This document shows, one piece after another, positions 8,693 to 19,100 of a stretch of 64,000 bases of DNA (positions within the stretch are counted from its first letter, which is position 1; every line of letters begins with the position of its first letter). Made by a program: the position numbers and the translations under genes. The notes under the pieces were generated by a model, which was not told where the DNA came from, made no database searches, and saw only the letters and a list, made by a program, of their open reading frames with translations. Source of the stretch: Rhodanobacteraceae bacterium (GTDB lineage: Bacteria > Pseudomonadota > Gammaproteobacteria > Xanthomonadales > SZUA-5). Location: the NCBI GenBank assembly GCA_031422315.1, contig JANOQN010000065.1, forward strand, positions 14 through 64,013. The letters are read 5' to 3'.

Positions 8693-9616
8693 ATGGCCGG
8701 AGCTAGCCTTTTTGCATTACTAGATGACATTGCCACGCTGCTGGATGATGTCGCCATTCTTTCCAAAGTCGCTGCGAAAAAAACCGCTGGCGTGCTGGGC
8801 GATGATTTAGCACTTAACGCCAACCAAGTCGCAGGCGTTGCCGCTGAGCGCGAATTGCCGGTGGTATGGGCGGTGGCGGTAGGCTCATTTAAGAACAAAG
8901 CCATTTTGGTGCCCACCGCACTGGCGATTAGCGCATTTTTGCCCTGGCTAGTTATTCCACTATTGATGATTGGCGGCGCCTATCTGTGCTTTGAAGGCGT
9001 AGAAAAATTAGCGCACAAATATCTACACGCGCCCGCCGAAGATGCCGCCGAACATGCCGCACAGCTCAAGGCCATTGCCGATGAAAACGTCGATATGGTG
9101 GCATTCGAAAAAGATAAAATTAAGGGCGCAATTCGCACTGACTTTATTTTATCAGCCGAAATTTTGGTGATTACGCTGGGCACTGTCAAAACGCAGCCGT
9201 TTTTATCGCAAGTCATGGTGCTGGTGGTCATTGCGATTGTGATGACGGTAGGCGTGTATGGACTCGTGGCAGGCATAGTCAAACTTGACGATGTCGGGCT
9301 TTGGCTGACGAAAAAACCTTCGCAAGCCATGCAAGCGTTTGGGCGCGGTCTGCTTCGGGCAGCGCCGCTATTGATGAAGTTCCTATCGATTGCCGGCACC
9401 GCCGCGATGTTCTTAGTCGGCGGCAGTATTTTGCTGCACGGTATTCCCGGCGCTGAAGTTTGGTTGCATCATATTGAAAGCTACTTCACAGCCATTCCAG
9501 GCGGCAAACTCACCGCTGGACTGTTGGTTGAAGGCATCGTCGGCTTTATCGCCGGAGTGATCTGCTTGTTAGGCTTTTTGGGTGTGCAAAAATTACGGGG
9601 TAAGGCGGCGCATTGA
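8693..9616 (+). CDS. yedI: DUF808 family inner-membrane protein (YedI-like)
   Basis: [69 protein letters not shown].. closely follows the E. coli YedI pattern. The start is moved to the Met at 8693. Confidence 0.88.
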   Translation: MAGASLFALLDDIATLLDDVAILSKVAAKKTAGVLGDDLALNANQVAGVAAERELPVVWAVAVGSFKNKAILVPTALAISAFLPWLVIPLLMIGGAYLCFEGVEKLAHKYLHAPAEDAAEHAAQLKAIADENVDMVAFEKDKIKGAIRTDFILSAEILVITLGTVKTQPFLSQVMVLVVIAIVMTVGVYGLVAGIVKLDDVGLWLTKKPSQAMQAFGRGLLRAAPLLMKFLSIAGTAAMFLVGGSILLHGIPGAEVWLHHIESYFTAIPGGKLTAGLLVEGIVGFIAGVICLLGFLGVQKLRGKAAH

Positions 9617-9670
9617 GTGCCTGGGGTTGGGCCGAAGATTGCTGCTGGGAAAAACGCAGATATCGCCCCA

Positions 9671-9817
9671 CCTCTTCATCCCCGCGAAGGCGGGGACCCA
9701 GTACAGGTGTCAGAAATTCGCTCGGCTTTTGTTAGCCTTAAAATTTGCGCAATTTGTCCAGCGAGCGCGCCGATAGATCAAGGCACCTGGGTTCCCGACT
9801 TCGCGGGAATGACGAGG
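9671..9817. repeat. Inverted pair of REP-like elements (BIME/MITE-like)
   Basis: The left arm is CCTCTTCATCCCCGCGAAGGCGGGGACCCAG (9671-9701). The right arm, CTGGGTTCCCGACTTCGCGGGAATGACGAGG (9787-9817), is its imperfect reverse complement. Each arm carries its own small hairpin. Related copies lie at 21286-21313 and 61494-61542. Confidence 0.7.
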
Positions 9818-9836
9818 TAGCCCATCGTTCAACGCC

Positions 9837-11633
9837 CTAAAACCTCCACACATTCGGCGTGTACTTAATCGTATTCGCCTGTACTTCGGTAATTCGATTC
9901 AATGCAGCTTGCGTGCTGCCTACATTATTGCGGCTCATCCAGCCCGCTGCTGCACCGGCGGCCTGCCCTATTGCGAATTCTTCGGGTTGTAGGCGCGTCG
10001 ATGTCGATGCCCAAAACGATTGCGCGATAGTTTTGCCAGCTACCAATAGGTTCTCAGTGCTTACGTTGGTCAACGCACGAAACGGAATGTAGTACGGGTA
10101 AGGATGCACCACCGCTGGCGTGCCGGCAGCGCCGGTACAGGCGGTCGATTTAATTGGGTGAATGTCGAGCGGATAGTTCGCCAGCGCTACTTTATCGGCA
10201 AATACTTTGCCAGTTTTGCTGGCAACCGTTTCAGGCTTGAAATCGCTGGATGTCAGTTTGAAATTACCCAAACCCACACTACGGCGGGTCGAGCGTAAAT
10301 ACGGAAAGCGCGTCAAACCCGAAAACGTGCCGGTGATTTCCGTACCGATGGTGATGCGCGCGGCGGAGCTTGCCGGGGTGCGCGCTTTCATCCAGTAGTA
10401 CCAGCCGATCGCGTGTTTTTCAGATTCCGCAAGCGCGGTTAAGTCCAAGCCACCGGCCCAGCCTTGCGTGGCTTCAGCTTGACTGGCCGCTTTGGATTTG
10501 AACAGCGTGCGGTACGGATAATCGTTGCCGGTAGTCCAATTTTGCAGGCTGATATTGTTGGCTAAATCTGCAACCTTGTATTCGGTGGTGAAATTACCGC
10601 CGCCAACAATTAGCGAGCCAGCAGGGTTATGCACCCGACGGTACGCCCAAATCTGCGACCAAGTAAAGCTTCTGCCTGCACTATTCGTATCAAATGCATA
10701 GTGATTCGGGAATGGCACGGTCCAATTCGGCGCGTTCTCAATCGCCGCACCGGAGGTGCCTTTGTACTTCATAAAAAACGGAAACACGATCGCTTGGCCG
10801 CAGGCTTCATTGGTGCTCATGCTGGCTTCGTTATTGCCAGTTTCAGTGCCGACCAAATAGCTTGATCCGGAAGTAGCCAGCACATCGCCAAACTCACTCG
10901 CGTCGATAACCACCAGCCCGCGCATGCGCGCCGTAATCGTCAACACGGATTTGGTCCAGCGGCGTGAATTAACCGGGCTATACCAATCGCTAACATCACT
11001 CGATAGCGTGGCATCGAAGCCATCCATGGTGGTGGCCGGGGTTGCGATGCGCTGGGTCGCGATCACGCTGGTGATTTTGCGAACCACTGGCTGGCCGGCG
11101 GCGGACGTTACAGCAGTATTGGATTTGCGCACGACGGTGTTGTAAATCACCCGCAAATTGGGCGTGTTGGCGAGCGCCGGGGTTATGAAATCGCGCAGCA
11201 AATTTTTATCGGTGCTGGCGTTAAAACTTGAATTGAGCGGCAAGAAGCAATCATCAAAACCTGCCACCCAGCAATTGCCGTTAGTACCACCCGCGCCGCC
11301 CAACTGACGCAGCCAATCGCGCAAAATAGGCGGCTGATTCTCATAAATCTTATCGACATCGCCCGACTTCACCAGCGCGTGCGCCGCAGTTGGTTTATCG
11401 GCGGTGTGCCACGCATGATCAATTGCTGGCGTGTTGAGCAGCTGCCCACCGGCCTGATTAAAGGGTTCAAGCAGGCAGGTAAATGCGCCATCTTTTGCAC
11501 TGGTTAGCGCAGCGGACAGCGCGGCGGTGCTGCCACCGGCGATTACGACATCACACTGCACGGTTTCGGCGGTTTGCGCGTAAGCGCTTGAGCTTAAAAC
11601 TGCGGCGATAAGTAAAACGGCGGGCTTTTGCAT
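9837..11633 (-). CDS. Secreted FAD-dependent oxidoreductase (PF12831-like)
   Basis: Signal peptide MQKPAVLLIAAVLSSSAYA, then the dinucleotide-binding motif CDVVIAGGSTAALSAALTSAKDG. 598 aa. Confidence 0.8.
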   Translation of the reverse strand: MQKPAVLLIAAVLSSSAYAQTAETVQCDVVIAGGSTAALSAALTSAKDGAFTCLLEPFNQAGGQLLNTPAIDHAWHTADKPTAAHALVKSGDVDKIYENQPPILRDWLRQLGGAGGTNGNCWVAGFDDCFLPLNSSFNASTDKNLLRDFITPALANTPNLRVIYNTVVRKSNTAVTSAAGQPVVRKITSVIATQRIATPATTMDGFDATLSSDVSDWYSPVNSRRWTKSVLTITARMRGLVVIDASEFGDVLATSGSSYLVGTETGNNEASMSTNEACGQAIVFPFFMKYKGTSGAAIENAPNWTVPFPNHYAFDTNSAGRSFTWSQIWAYRRVHNPAGSLIVGGGNFTTEYKVADLANNISLQNWTTGNDYPYRTLFKSKAASQAEATQGWAGGLDLTALAESEKHAIGWYYWMKARTPASSAARITIGTEITGTFSGLTRFPYLRSTRRSVGLGNFKLTSSDFKPETVASKTGKVFADKVALANYPLDIHPIKSTACTGAAGTPAVVHPYPYYIPFRALTNVSTENLLVAGKTIAQSFWASTSTRLQPEEFAIGQAAGAAAGWMSRNNVGSTQAALNRITEVQANTIKYTPNVWRF

Positions 11634-11882
11634 ATTGATTTCACTTGCGTTGAGAGTGCGGCAAGTGTCCAGGCTTGCAAGCGCGCCGTCTTACAGAATC
11701 GGCGCGCGGCGTTTCAAAATCGGCGCAAGTAAATGCTCTAACTTAGCTTGCGGTTCAGGGCTATTTTCTGTTTTTTGTTCTAGCTTGTCAGTTGCACTCT
11801 CATTTCACCGGTGTTTGCACACACTTACAAGCTGTGCGCGGATAAACTCCTGGTCTCCAGCGTACACGGGTTAGCGAATCAA

Positions 11883-12407
11883 ATGACCGCACATATCAAC
11901 AAATGGCTCGCCATTGCGTTAGCACTTTCAATACAAACTGCCCATGCAGGCGGCGCCTTTCCAGCGCTGACTTGCGATGCGTTACCTTCTGGACCCATTA
12001 CGCCGAACGTCAGTTTTGCAAGCGATATTTTTCCACTGTTGACCGATAACTGCGCAGGCGGCTGTGGCTATGCTTCGTGCATTAACTGCCACGCTGGGCC
12101 GGCAACCGCGCAAAACCGACTCATCGTTAACGGCGGCAGCGTTGATCTGACGGCATTGACGCTGCTGGATTTAAATCGCGATTGGGTTGTGCCGATTGAT
12201 CCGCGCCGCTCAAGGCTGTATGCGCACATCAATTGCAGCGCTACCGGTGGTGGCGTTTGGCGTATGCCGCTGATCGGCAATGCCGTGCAGCTGGCTAGGC
12301 AAGCGCTTATTTTTGATTGGATCAATCAAGGCGCGCGCGCAGATTTTGATAGCCAGCCTATTAGCGATGTGGTGTTTCGCGATAGCTTGGAGTCAATCCG
12401 CCGATAG
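11883..12407 (+). CDS. Secreted Cys-rich protein with a CXXCH heme-attachment-like motif
   Basis: Signal peptide MTAHINKWLAIALALSIQTAHA. Contains ..NCAGGCGYASCINCHAGP.. (CINCH = CXXCH). It ends ..VVFRDSLESIRR*. The start is moved to the Met at 11883. Confidence 0.65.
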   Translation: MTAHINKWLAIALALSIQTAHAGGAFPALTCDALPSGPITPNVSFASDIFPLLTDNCAGGCGYASCINCHAGPATAQNRLIVNGGSVDLTALTLLDLNRDWVVPIDPRRSRLYAHINCSATGGGVWRMPLIGNAVQLARQALIFDWINQGARADFDSQPISDVVFRDSLESIRR

Positions 12408-12473
12408 CGCAATGACTTACTAGTTTGATTTGCTAAACTGATGATTCTTTCATAGCCTTTTTGGACCCAAAAC

Positions 12474-13022
12474 ATGAGCCTGCAGCAGGTTAGCACCGGG
12501 CGCGACGCGCCGAACGATATCAACGTCGTGATCGAAATTCCGCTCAACGGTGAAGCGGTCAAATATGAAGTCGACAAAGAAACCGGCGCAATTTTCGTCG
12601 ATCGCGTGCTCAACACGGCCATGCGCTATCCGGTGAATTATGGCTACGTACCCAAAACCTTATGTGGCGATGGTGATCCGGTTGACGTATTAGTCGTCAT
12701 GCCGATACCCTTAATTCCAGGCTCAGTGGTGCGCTGCCGCCCAATTGGCGCACTCAAAATGATCGACGACGCCGGTGAGGACGTAAAAGTGCTAGCGGTG
12801 CCGATTAATAAAGTTACTGAACTCTATGCGCAGGTTGATTCCATGCGTCAGTTACCGCCGAATTTACTGGATCAAATCCAGCACTTTTTCCAGCACTACA
12901 AAGATTTGGAGAAAGGCAAATGGGTCAAAATTGACGGCTGGGTTGGCCCGGAAGAAGCGAAAAAAGAAATTATCGAAGCTATTGAGCGCTTTAAAAATGC
13001 GCCTGATAAGCCGAATTATTGA
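12474..13022 (+). CDS. ppa: Inorganic pyrophosphatase
   Basis: INVVIEIP..VKYEVDKETGAIFVDRVL..YPVNYGYVPKTLCGDGDPVDVLVV.. is a classical family I PPase signature. 182 aa. Confidence 0.96.
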   Translation: MSLQQVSTGRDAPNDINVVIEIPLNGEAVKYEVDKETGAIFVDRVLNTAMRYPVNYGYVPKTLCGDGDPVDVLVVMPIPLIPGSVVRCRPIGALKMIDDAGEDVKVLAVPINKVTELYAQVDSMRQLPPNLLDQIQHFFQHYKDLEKGKWVKIDGWVGPEEAKKEIIEAIERFKNAPDKPNY

Positions 13023-13099
13023 GCCAATCGCTTTCTAAGCTAAGGTCTTTGCCTCGACGTCAGGAGAGACTGCACCAGTTTGTATCGCGCCAACTACCG

Positions 13100-13804
13100 C
13101 TACCGCATTGCCAAACAGCGCTCCATAAAGCGCTTTTCGGTATTCAAAACTGCGGTCAAAAACGGCTTGGCACCATCTAGCTTTACAAACGCCGCAAAAC
13201 CGCGCTCTAAAAACGCTTGCAGAGCGCCCAAGCCCGCCATTTTGGCTGGCCATTTGCACATTTGCAGCAGCTTGTACATCAGCGGAATTTTAACCACGCG
13301 GGCTAGTTCGCGGCCTAGCTTCAAAATTCGGGCTAACTGATAGCGGCGCGCACCGCTGAGCTCGGTTTTTTGATAGGCAGCGGCGTACATTTCTTGAGTG
13401 ATTACGCCAGTGCTTGGCAAGTGCGTCAGCATTTCTAAATCCAGTTCATGGCTGAGCGCGTTAAGCTCAACTGCGCGCCCAACGGTTTCCAAAACCTGGG
13501 TGGGTAGCAACTTAACCATAATCGGGTAAATGCGCTCAACATCCTGATCGCGCTTGGAAAAATCCTGATCACCGTAGAGCTCGTTCAAGAAAAAATCGCA
13601 AGCGGCATCATTTTTTGGCAGGCGCCGGAGCGCGTCATAATCTTGCACTAAGCGCTGCGCTTGAAAGCGCTGCAATTCCTTCAAACGCGGATCATGATTG
13701 CGCACATCGGATGGATCTCGCACGCGCCGATTGCGCTCAAGCTGAAATTTTAGGCTGGCAGCGCCACCCGCGCGCGTATGTAGTTTGCTGGGCAGTGTTG
13801 GCAT
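13100..13804 (-). CDS. Conserved hypothetical protein
   Basis: 234-aa ORF with non-repetitive, balanced composition (..FFLNELYGDQDFSKRDQDVERIYPIMVKLLP..). It is spaced 2 nt from the upstream minus-strand gene. No family was recognised with confidence. Confidence 0.7.
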   Translation of the reverse strand: MPTLPSKLHTRAGGAASLKFQLERNRRVRDPSDVRNHDPRLKELQRFQAQRLVQDYDALRRLPKNDAACDFFLNELYGDQDFSKRDQDVERIYPIMVKLLPTQVLETVGRAVELNALSHELDLEMLTHLPSTGVITQEMYAAAYQKTELSGARRYQLARILKLGRELARVVKIPLMYKLLQMCKWPAKMAGLGALQAFLERGFAAFVKLDGAKPFLTAVLNTEKRFMERCLAMR

Positions 13805-13806
13805 GC

Positions 13807-15270
13807 TTAGTCCTTACGGGCAAATAGCCACATAGAGCCGATCAGCGTCAAAAGCCCCGCCAAAATGCTCAATGAAATGCGATTCGCAAATGGCAACTGG
13901 ATGGCTGCGACCACGACGTTTTGCACGGCTGAATTATTGGTCAAATTCAAATCGTTGCTCGTGCTGATCAGTGTGGAGCTAATCACAGTGGAGCCAATTC
14001 CCGCGCCGCTTAAGGTGATCACACAGACGATGCGCGATTGCGCGGGCAGCGCGCCGATCGTCCAAACCAAGCTATTGCCTTGCAGAGCCGCGCCGCAGTT
14101 GCTGTTTTGAAATGCTAGCGGAAACGCAATGCTTGATGCCACCTGCACGCCCGCTGCCGCAAGTGCTGCGTCAGAATTCCGCACTTCCAAGCTGAGCGTT
14201 ACGGTTTCGCCGATGCCAATTTGGGTGCGGCTTAGCGTTTGCGTCAATGCCAAATCCGGGCCGGCGGCCTGCACGAATTCAATGTAACGGCCTTGCACGT
14301 CAGCCACCACGGTGCGCACCAGTGCGCCTGTGCTGCGATCTAACTCGAACACGCCTGCACCCGTGGTAGTCAACACATTGCCATTTGTCAGCTCATACAC
14401 GCCGCGATAGCCGCCGGTGCTGGCGTTATCTAAGCGTGAAATTTGCTGCCCGGTTGGAGTAAATTCGAATACGCCATCGGCATTCACGCCAAAGCCTGCA
14501 ACTAAAATATTGCCGTTACGCGCCTGCGCGATTTGCTGGGCAAAGCTGCCTGCGATGGCGAAATCAGCGATAAATTGCCCAGTGGCCGAAAGCCTGACAA
14601 CTTTACCGCCGTTCGAGCTTGATACTAAGTATTCGCCCGCCAACAGGGGCGGTGCATCACGCGGAATGCGAAACACATCAAACGGCGAGGTAAAACCCGC
14701 AATGGCGTTGGAGGCACTTAACGGCGTTAGCTGCGCGCCCGTAACGCTGTTAAATCGAGCGACTGCATTAATATTGCCGCCCGAACCTACTGTCACCAAT
14801 AAATCGCCGTTGCTAGCGTAGCCCATACCGCGATTGTTATCTAAAATCGCAGGGTTCAAGCCGCCAACGGGTGCTAGCGCGCCGAGATATGTACCTGAGG
14901 CCAGGCTGTATTGCTGAATCAAATCATTGACCTGATCGCTGATATAAATGCGGGTAAAATCTGGGCTGAGCAACGCGTTGATTGGGGTAGACAAGTTAAC
15001 CGCATCGGGCGGTACAAAATTACTATCGACCAACGCGCCGGTGTCAGGATCAAATGCCATGACTCGGTTATTTCGTGAATCTGGAATCAGCAATAGCCCG
15101 CGCGCGGGCAAAATTGCCAGCGCAGCTTGGCGCGCCAATGCGTCTGGCAGTGCAAGTTCAGCTCGTGCCTGAGTGCGCGCGCCGCTGAGTTCGGAGTCGG
15201 TCGCTTGCTGGGCTTGAGTCAACGTCGATAAGCAAATTGCCGTTGCTAGCAAAAATAGGGGTGTTTTCAC
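13807..15270 (-). CDS. Secreted repeat (beta-propeller-like) protein with a DUF11-like domain and a C-terminal hydrophobic anchor
   Basis: Signal peptide MKTPLFLLATAICLSTLTQA. A DUF11-like stretch reads LALTQTLSRTQIGIGETVTLSLEVRNSD. The C-terminus ..IQLPFANRISLSILAGLLTLIGSMWLFARKD* is a TM helix followed by a basic tail. Confidence 0.8.
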   Translation of the reverse strand: MKTPLFLLATAICLSTLTQAQQATDSELSGARTQARAELALPDALARQAALAILPARGLLLIPDSRNNRVMAFDPDTGALVDSNFVPPDAVNLSTPINALLSPDFTRIYISDQVNDLIQQYSLASGTYLGALAPVGGLNPAILDNNRGMGYASNGDLLVTVGSGGNINAVARFNSVTGAQLTPLSASNAIAGFTSPFDVFRIPRDAPPLLAGEYLVSSSNGGKVVRLSATGQFIADFAIAGSFAQQIAQARNGNILVAGFGVNADGVFEFTPTGQQISRLDNASTGGYRGVYELTNGNVLTTTGAGVFELDRSTGALVRTVVADVQGRYIEFVQAAGPDLALTQTLSRTQIGIGETVTLSLEVRNSDAALAAAGVQVASSIAFPLAFQNSNCGAALQGNSLVWTIGALPAQSRIVCVITLSGAGIGSTVISSTLISTSNDLNLTNNSAVQNVVVAAIQLPFANRISLSILAGLLTLIGSMWLFARKD

Positions 15271-15394
15271 GCAGAATCCCGTTAATCAATGAGGTCGCAG
15301 TTTATCTCAAGCTGATACTTGTTCGCTTGTTCAGGCGCAAATTAGCGGCGCTCAGCCATATTGCGGGTTGAATATTTTAATTGAGGGCATCCAA

Positions 15395-15733
15395 ATGGGT
15401 ATTTCGCTATCACCGGCCGCAATCGCGCGTGTGCAGCAGTTCACCGCGCAAGACGCTAATGCGCTGGGGCTGCGTTTTGGCGTCAAGAAAATGGGCTGTT
15501 CGGGCTGGGCCTATGAAGTGGATGTCGCAGTTGATGCGCGCCTGCAAGATCAAGTGTTTGACTGCGAAGGCGTGAAAGTATTCGTCGACGAAGCTAGCCT
15601 AGCGATTGTCGATGGCACTGAAATAGACTTCCAACGCCAGGGCTTGAACTCAAATTTCGTTTTCAAAAACCCACGCATGACCGCGGCTTGCGGCTGCGGC
15701 GAGAGTTTTTCGGTGGATCGCGAGGCGATCTAG
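15395..15733 (+). CDS. Iron-sulfur cluster insertion/assembly protein (HesB/IscA/ErpA family)
   Basis: ..LRFGVKKMGCSGWAYEVD.. and a C-terminal ..CGCGESFSV motif. A GAGGG Shine-Dalgarno sequence lies 8 nt upstream of the ATG at 15395. Confidence 0.9.
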   Translation: MGISLSPAAIARVQQFTAQDANALGLRFGVKKMGCSGWAYEVDVAVDARLQDQVFDCEGVKVFVDEASLAIVDGTEIDFQRQGLNSNFVFKNPRMTAACGCGESFSVDREAI

Positions 15734-15749
15734 GGGGCACTTCGTTTTC

Positions 15750-15880
15750 CCTGAGCTCGCGCACCAAAATAGGCTAAACAGGACCGTTCGTGGTGAGCTT
15801 GTCGTCCGTTTTGGTGAGCTTATCGAACCATGAAGCCTCAAACAATTAAGTGCGGGCGAACGGTATCAAGGGCGCACTAT
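15750..15880. repeat. Palindromic intergenic repeat of the 'SLSNHE / LRANG' type
   Basis: CCGTTCGTGGTGAGCTTGTCG, GGTGAGCTTATCGAACCATGAAGC and GCGGGCGAACGG resemble the element at 29965-30080. That family is the widespread proteobacterial repeat whose spurious translations read VVSLSNHE / PFDRLRANG. Confidence 0.55.
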
Positions 15881-16165
15881 TTCGTCTAAATGCAAACTAC
15901 TTTTTACATTTAGTCGAACTATTTGTGAGTCCAGGCTATTTTTGAGCGCGAATTATGGCGATGGGTCTTGGCCGATGCATTGCAGCTGGCAGCTAGGCCA
16001 AGCAATAAAGCCCGCAATTTAGCACCGCAAGTTTGGTGCTAAAACCGCCGCTTTCGCAATCGCTAGGCAGCAATCTTCGGGCTATACTTCGCGCACTTTC
16101 ACCAGCGCTACACAGCGGCTAACTCTGTGTGGCTTGACTCATGCAACGCAAAAAGGACTGCTCAA

Positions 16166-19100
16166 ATGGCACCGACTGCACCGATTGACACCATCGTTGA
16201 ACAGCTAAAGGGCGCGGTTTCAGCGCCTAAATTAAGCGAAACGGAAGCTTTTGTGCGCACGCTTTACGCACATACGCCTAACGAGGAATTAGCGGAAAAA
16301 ACCAGCAAGCACTGGTCAGAATTAGCGCTGTCATTGATGAAGTTTTGGCGCGAACGCAAGTTAGGCGAAGCTAAAGTTCGGGTGTTTAACCCGAATCGGG
16401 ATGAGCATGGGTGGGAATCGAGCCACACGGTGATTCAAGTGGTGAATGACGACATGCCTTTTTTAGTGGATTCAACGGCAATTGCAATCCAAAACCACAA
16501 GCTGATGTCACATCTAATAATTCACCCAGTGCTTATGCCAAGCCGAGATCCGGGCGGCAATCTGCTCGATTTTAACGGCTCAGATCCCAGCAAGCGCGAG
16601 TCGATCATGCATTTTGAGGTTGATCGCATTGCCGACGCGAGTGCGATTGCTGCGCTACGCACTGATGTGCAAGCCGCAGTGGCCGCCGTACGCGCCTGTG
16701 TCATGGATTTCAAGGCGATGAAAGCCAAAGCGATCAGCATCGCCGAGGAGCTGAAAACCCGCAAAACCCCGCATGATGCGGAAACCGTAGCCGAAACTTC
16801 CGAGTATTTGCGCTGGATTGCCGGTGATCAATTTACCTTTTTAGGCTACCGGGAATATCGCGCGGCTAAGCAAGACGGGCGTGAGGTTCTGCAATCAGTG
16901 CCTGGCTCTGGCCTGGGAATTTTGCGCTCTGAAGAGGCCAAACCCTCATCACGCCCTACCGCGCATTTAGCCGCGCGCGATTTAGAAGGCAATGAAAAAC
17001 CGAGCATTGCTGTGCTGAGTAAAACCAATGCGCGCTCGATTGTGCATCACGCCGGCTACATGGATTACATCGGGATTTTGGCGTTTGATGAGGCCGGCGT
17101 CGCGGTTTCAGAGCAGCGCTTTTTAGGGCTGTACACATCAAGCGCCATCACCACGCACCCGTGGGAAGTGCCACTAATCCGCAAAAAAATTACCGAGGTG
17201 CAAGCGCGCGCCGGCTTAAACCCTACCGGCCATAGCGGCAAGGCACTGCTCCACGTATTAGAAGGCCTACCACGTGATGAGCTGCACCAAGCCAGCGTGG
17301 AAGAGCTGACCGATTTAGCGGTTGGAATTTTGAACCTGCAAGAGCGCCAGCGCAGCAAGCTATTTGTGCGGCGGGATCGTTTTGGCCGCTCGATTTCTTG
17401 CCTGGTATTTATTCCGCGTGATCGCATGAACACCGAGATTCGCGAACGCGTCGAAGGCATGCTCAAACGCGCGCTACATGGCGAACGGCTCGATTCCAGC
17501 GTACAGATGTCCGAAAGCGCTTTGGCGCGCCTGCACATTGTGGTGCGGCCAAAAGTGGGCGAAAAACCGCCGATTGAATTGACTGAACTGCAAGCCAAGC
17601 TGACCCAAATCGTACGCAACTGGCAAGACGAGCTGCGCGATACCTTGATTCAACGACACGGCGAAGAAAAAGGCCTGCGCATGGCGCAAAAATACGGCCG
17701 CGCGCTGCCCGCAGGCTACATTGAAGCCAGCACGCCGTTTGTTGCGGCCAACGATGTCGAGCTGGCGGCTGCATTGAAATCTACCGACGATATCAAGTTG
17801 TCCTTATATCGAAATCGCAAAAAATCTGAAGGTACGCTGCGCTTTAAGCTATTCAAATACAACAATACGATTGCCCTGAGCGATGCCCTGCCCTTGCTGG
17901 AAAACATGGGTTTGCGGGTGCTGAGTGAACACCCGTATGAAATGGCGCTCGCCGGTGAAAACATCTGGATCCAAGACTTTGAAGCGGAAGTTAGCGGTGA
18001 TACGCATATTGATGTCGAAGCCCTGAAAGACAGCTTTTCGCAAGCTTTCGAGCAAGCCTGGCGCGGCGAAGTTGAGAATGATGGCTTCAATAAGCTGGTG
18101 CTAGGCGCTGGCTTAAATGCAAGGCAAGTGTCGATTTTGCGCGCATTTTGCAAATATTTGCTGCAAACCAAACTGGCCTTTTCGCAAAGCTATATCGAGC
18201 AGGCGCTAAATGCGCACCCGCTGATTGCGCGGCTGCTGGTGGAGTTTTTTGAAGCCAAGTTTGATCCAGCGCGCGATGCCGTTAGCAAGTCCGCGCTTGA
18301 CGCCGCGCGCAAGCAGCTTAAAGTCGATTTGGATTCATTGATTAATGAAACGCAGCTCAAAAATCATCCAGAACTTGTCACCAAGCTGGTCGCCGCGCGA
18401 TCGGAAGCCAGAGCTAAACAAACCGAAGCGGCGCATCAGGCGATTCAAAACATACTCAATGACGTGCAATCACTGGATGAAGATCGCATCTTGCGCGCGT
18501 TTTTACAGCTGATTGATGCTAGCTTGCGCACCAATGCCTTCCAAAGCGATGAAGATGGCAAAACTAAGGCTGCGATCAGCTTTAAGCTCAACAGCAGCAA
18601 AGTGCCTGAGCTGCCCAAGCCGGTTCCGTATCGGGAGATTTTTGTGTACTCGCCGCGCGTGGAAGGCGTGCATTTGCGCTTTGGCAAAGTGGCGCGCGGT
18701 GGCTTGCGCTGGTCCGATCGCAAAGAAGATTTCCGCACCGAAGTTCTGGGCTTAGTGAAGGCGCAGCAGGTCAAAAATACGGTGATCGTGCCGGTTGGCG
18801 CGAAGGGCGGTTTTTACGTCAAGCGCCCGGCACCAGCGAGCGATCGCGACGCAGTACTCGCTGAAGGTATCGCCTGCTATCGGATTTTTATTGCTAGCTT
18901 GCTGGACATCACCGATAACGTGGTTTCCGGCAGATTGGTAGCGCCAGCGAATTTGATTCGCCACGATGAAGACGATCCATACTTGGTAGTAGCCGCTGAT
19001 AAAGGCACCGCGACCTTCTCCGACATTGCCAATGCAATCAGCCTAGATTACGGGCACTGGCTGGGGGATGCTTTTGCGTCAGGCGGCAGTAAAGGCTATG

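Noticed and set aside
9582-9820. ORFs 9582-9776 and 9617-9820, and likewise 61391-61769, lying in intergenic spacers.
   Set aside because: They are translations of REP-like elements (the IPAKAGTQ / VIPAKAGIQ strings) and have no independent coding signal.
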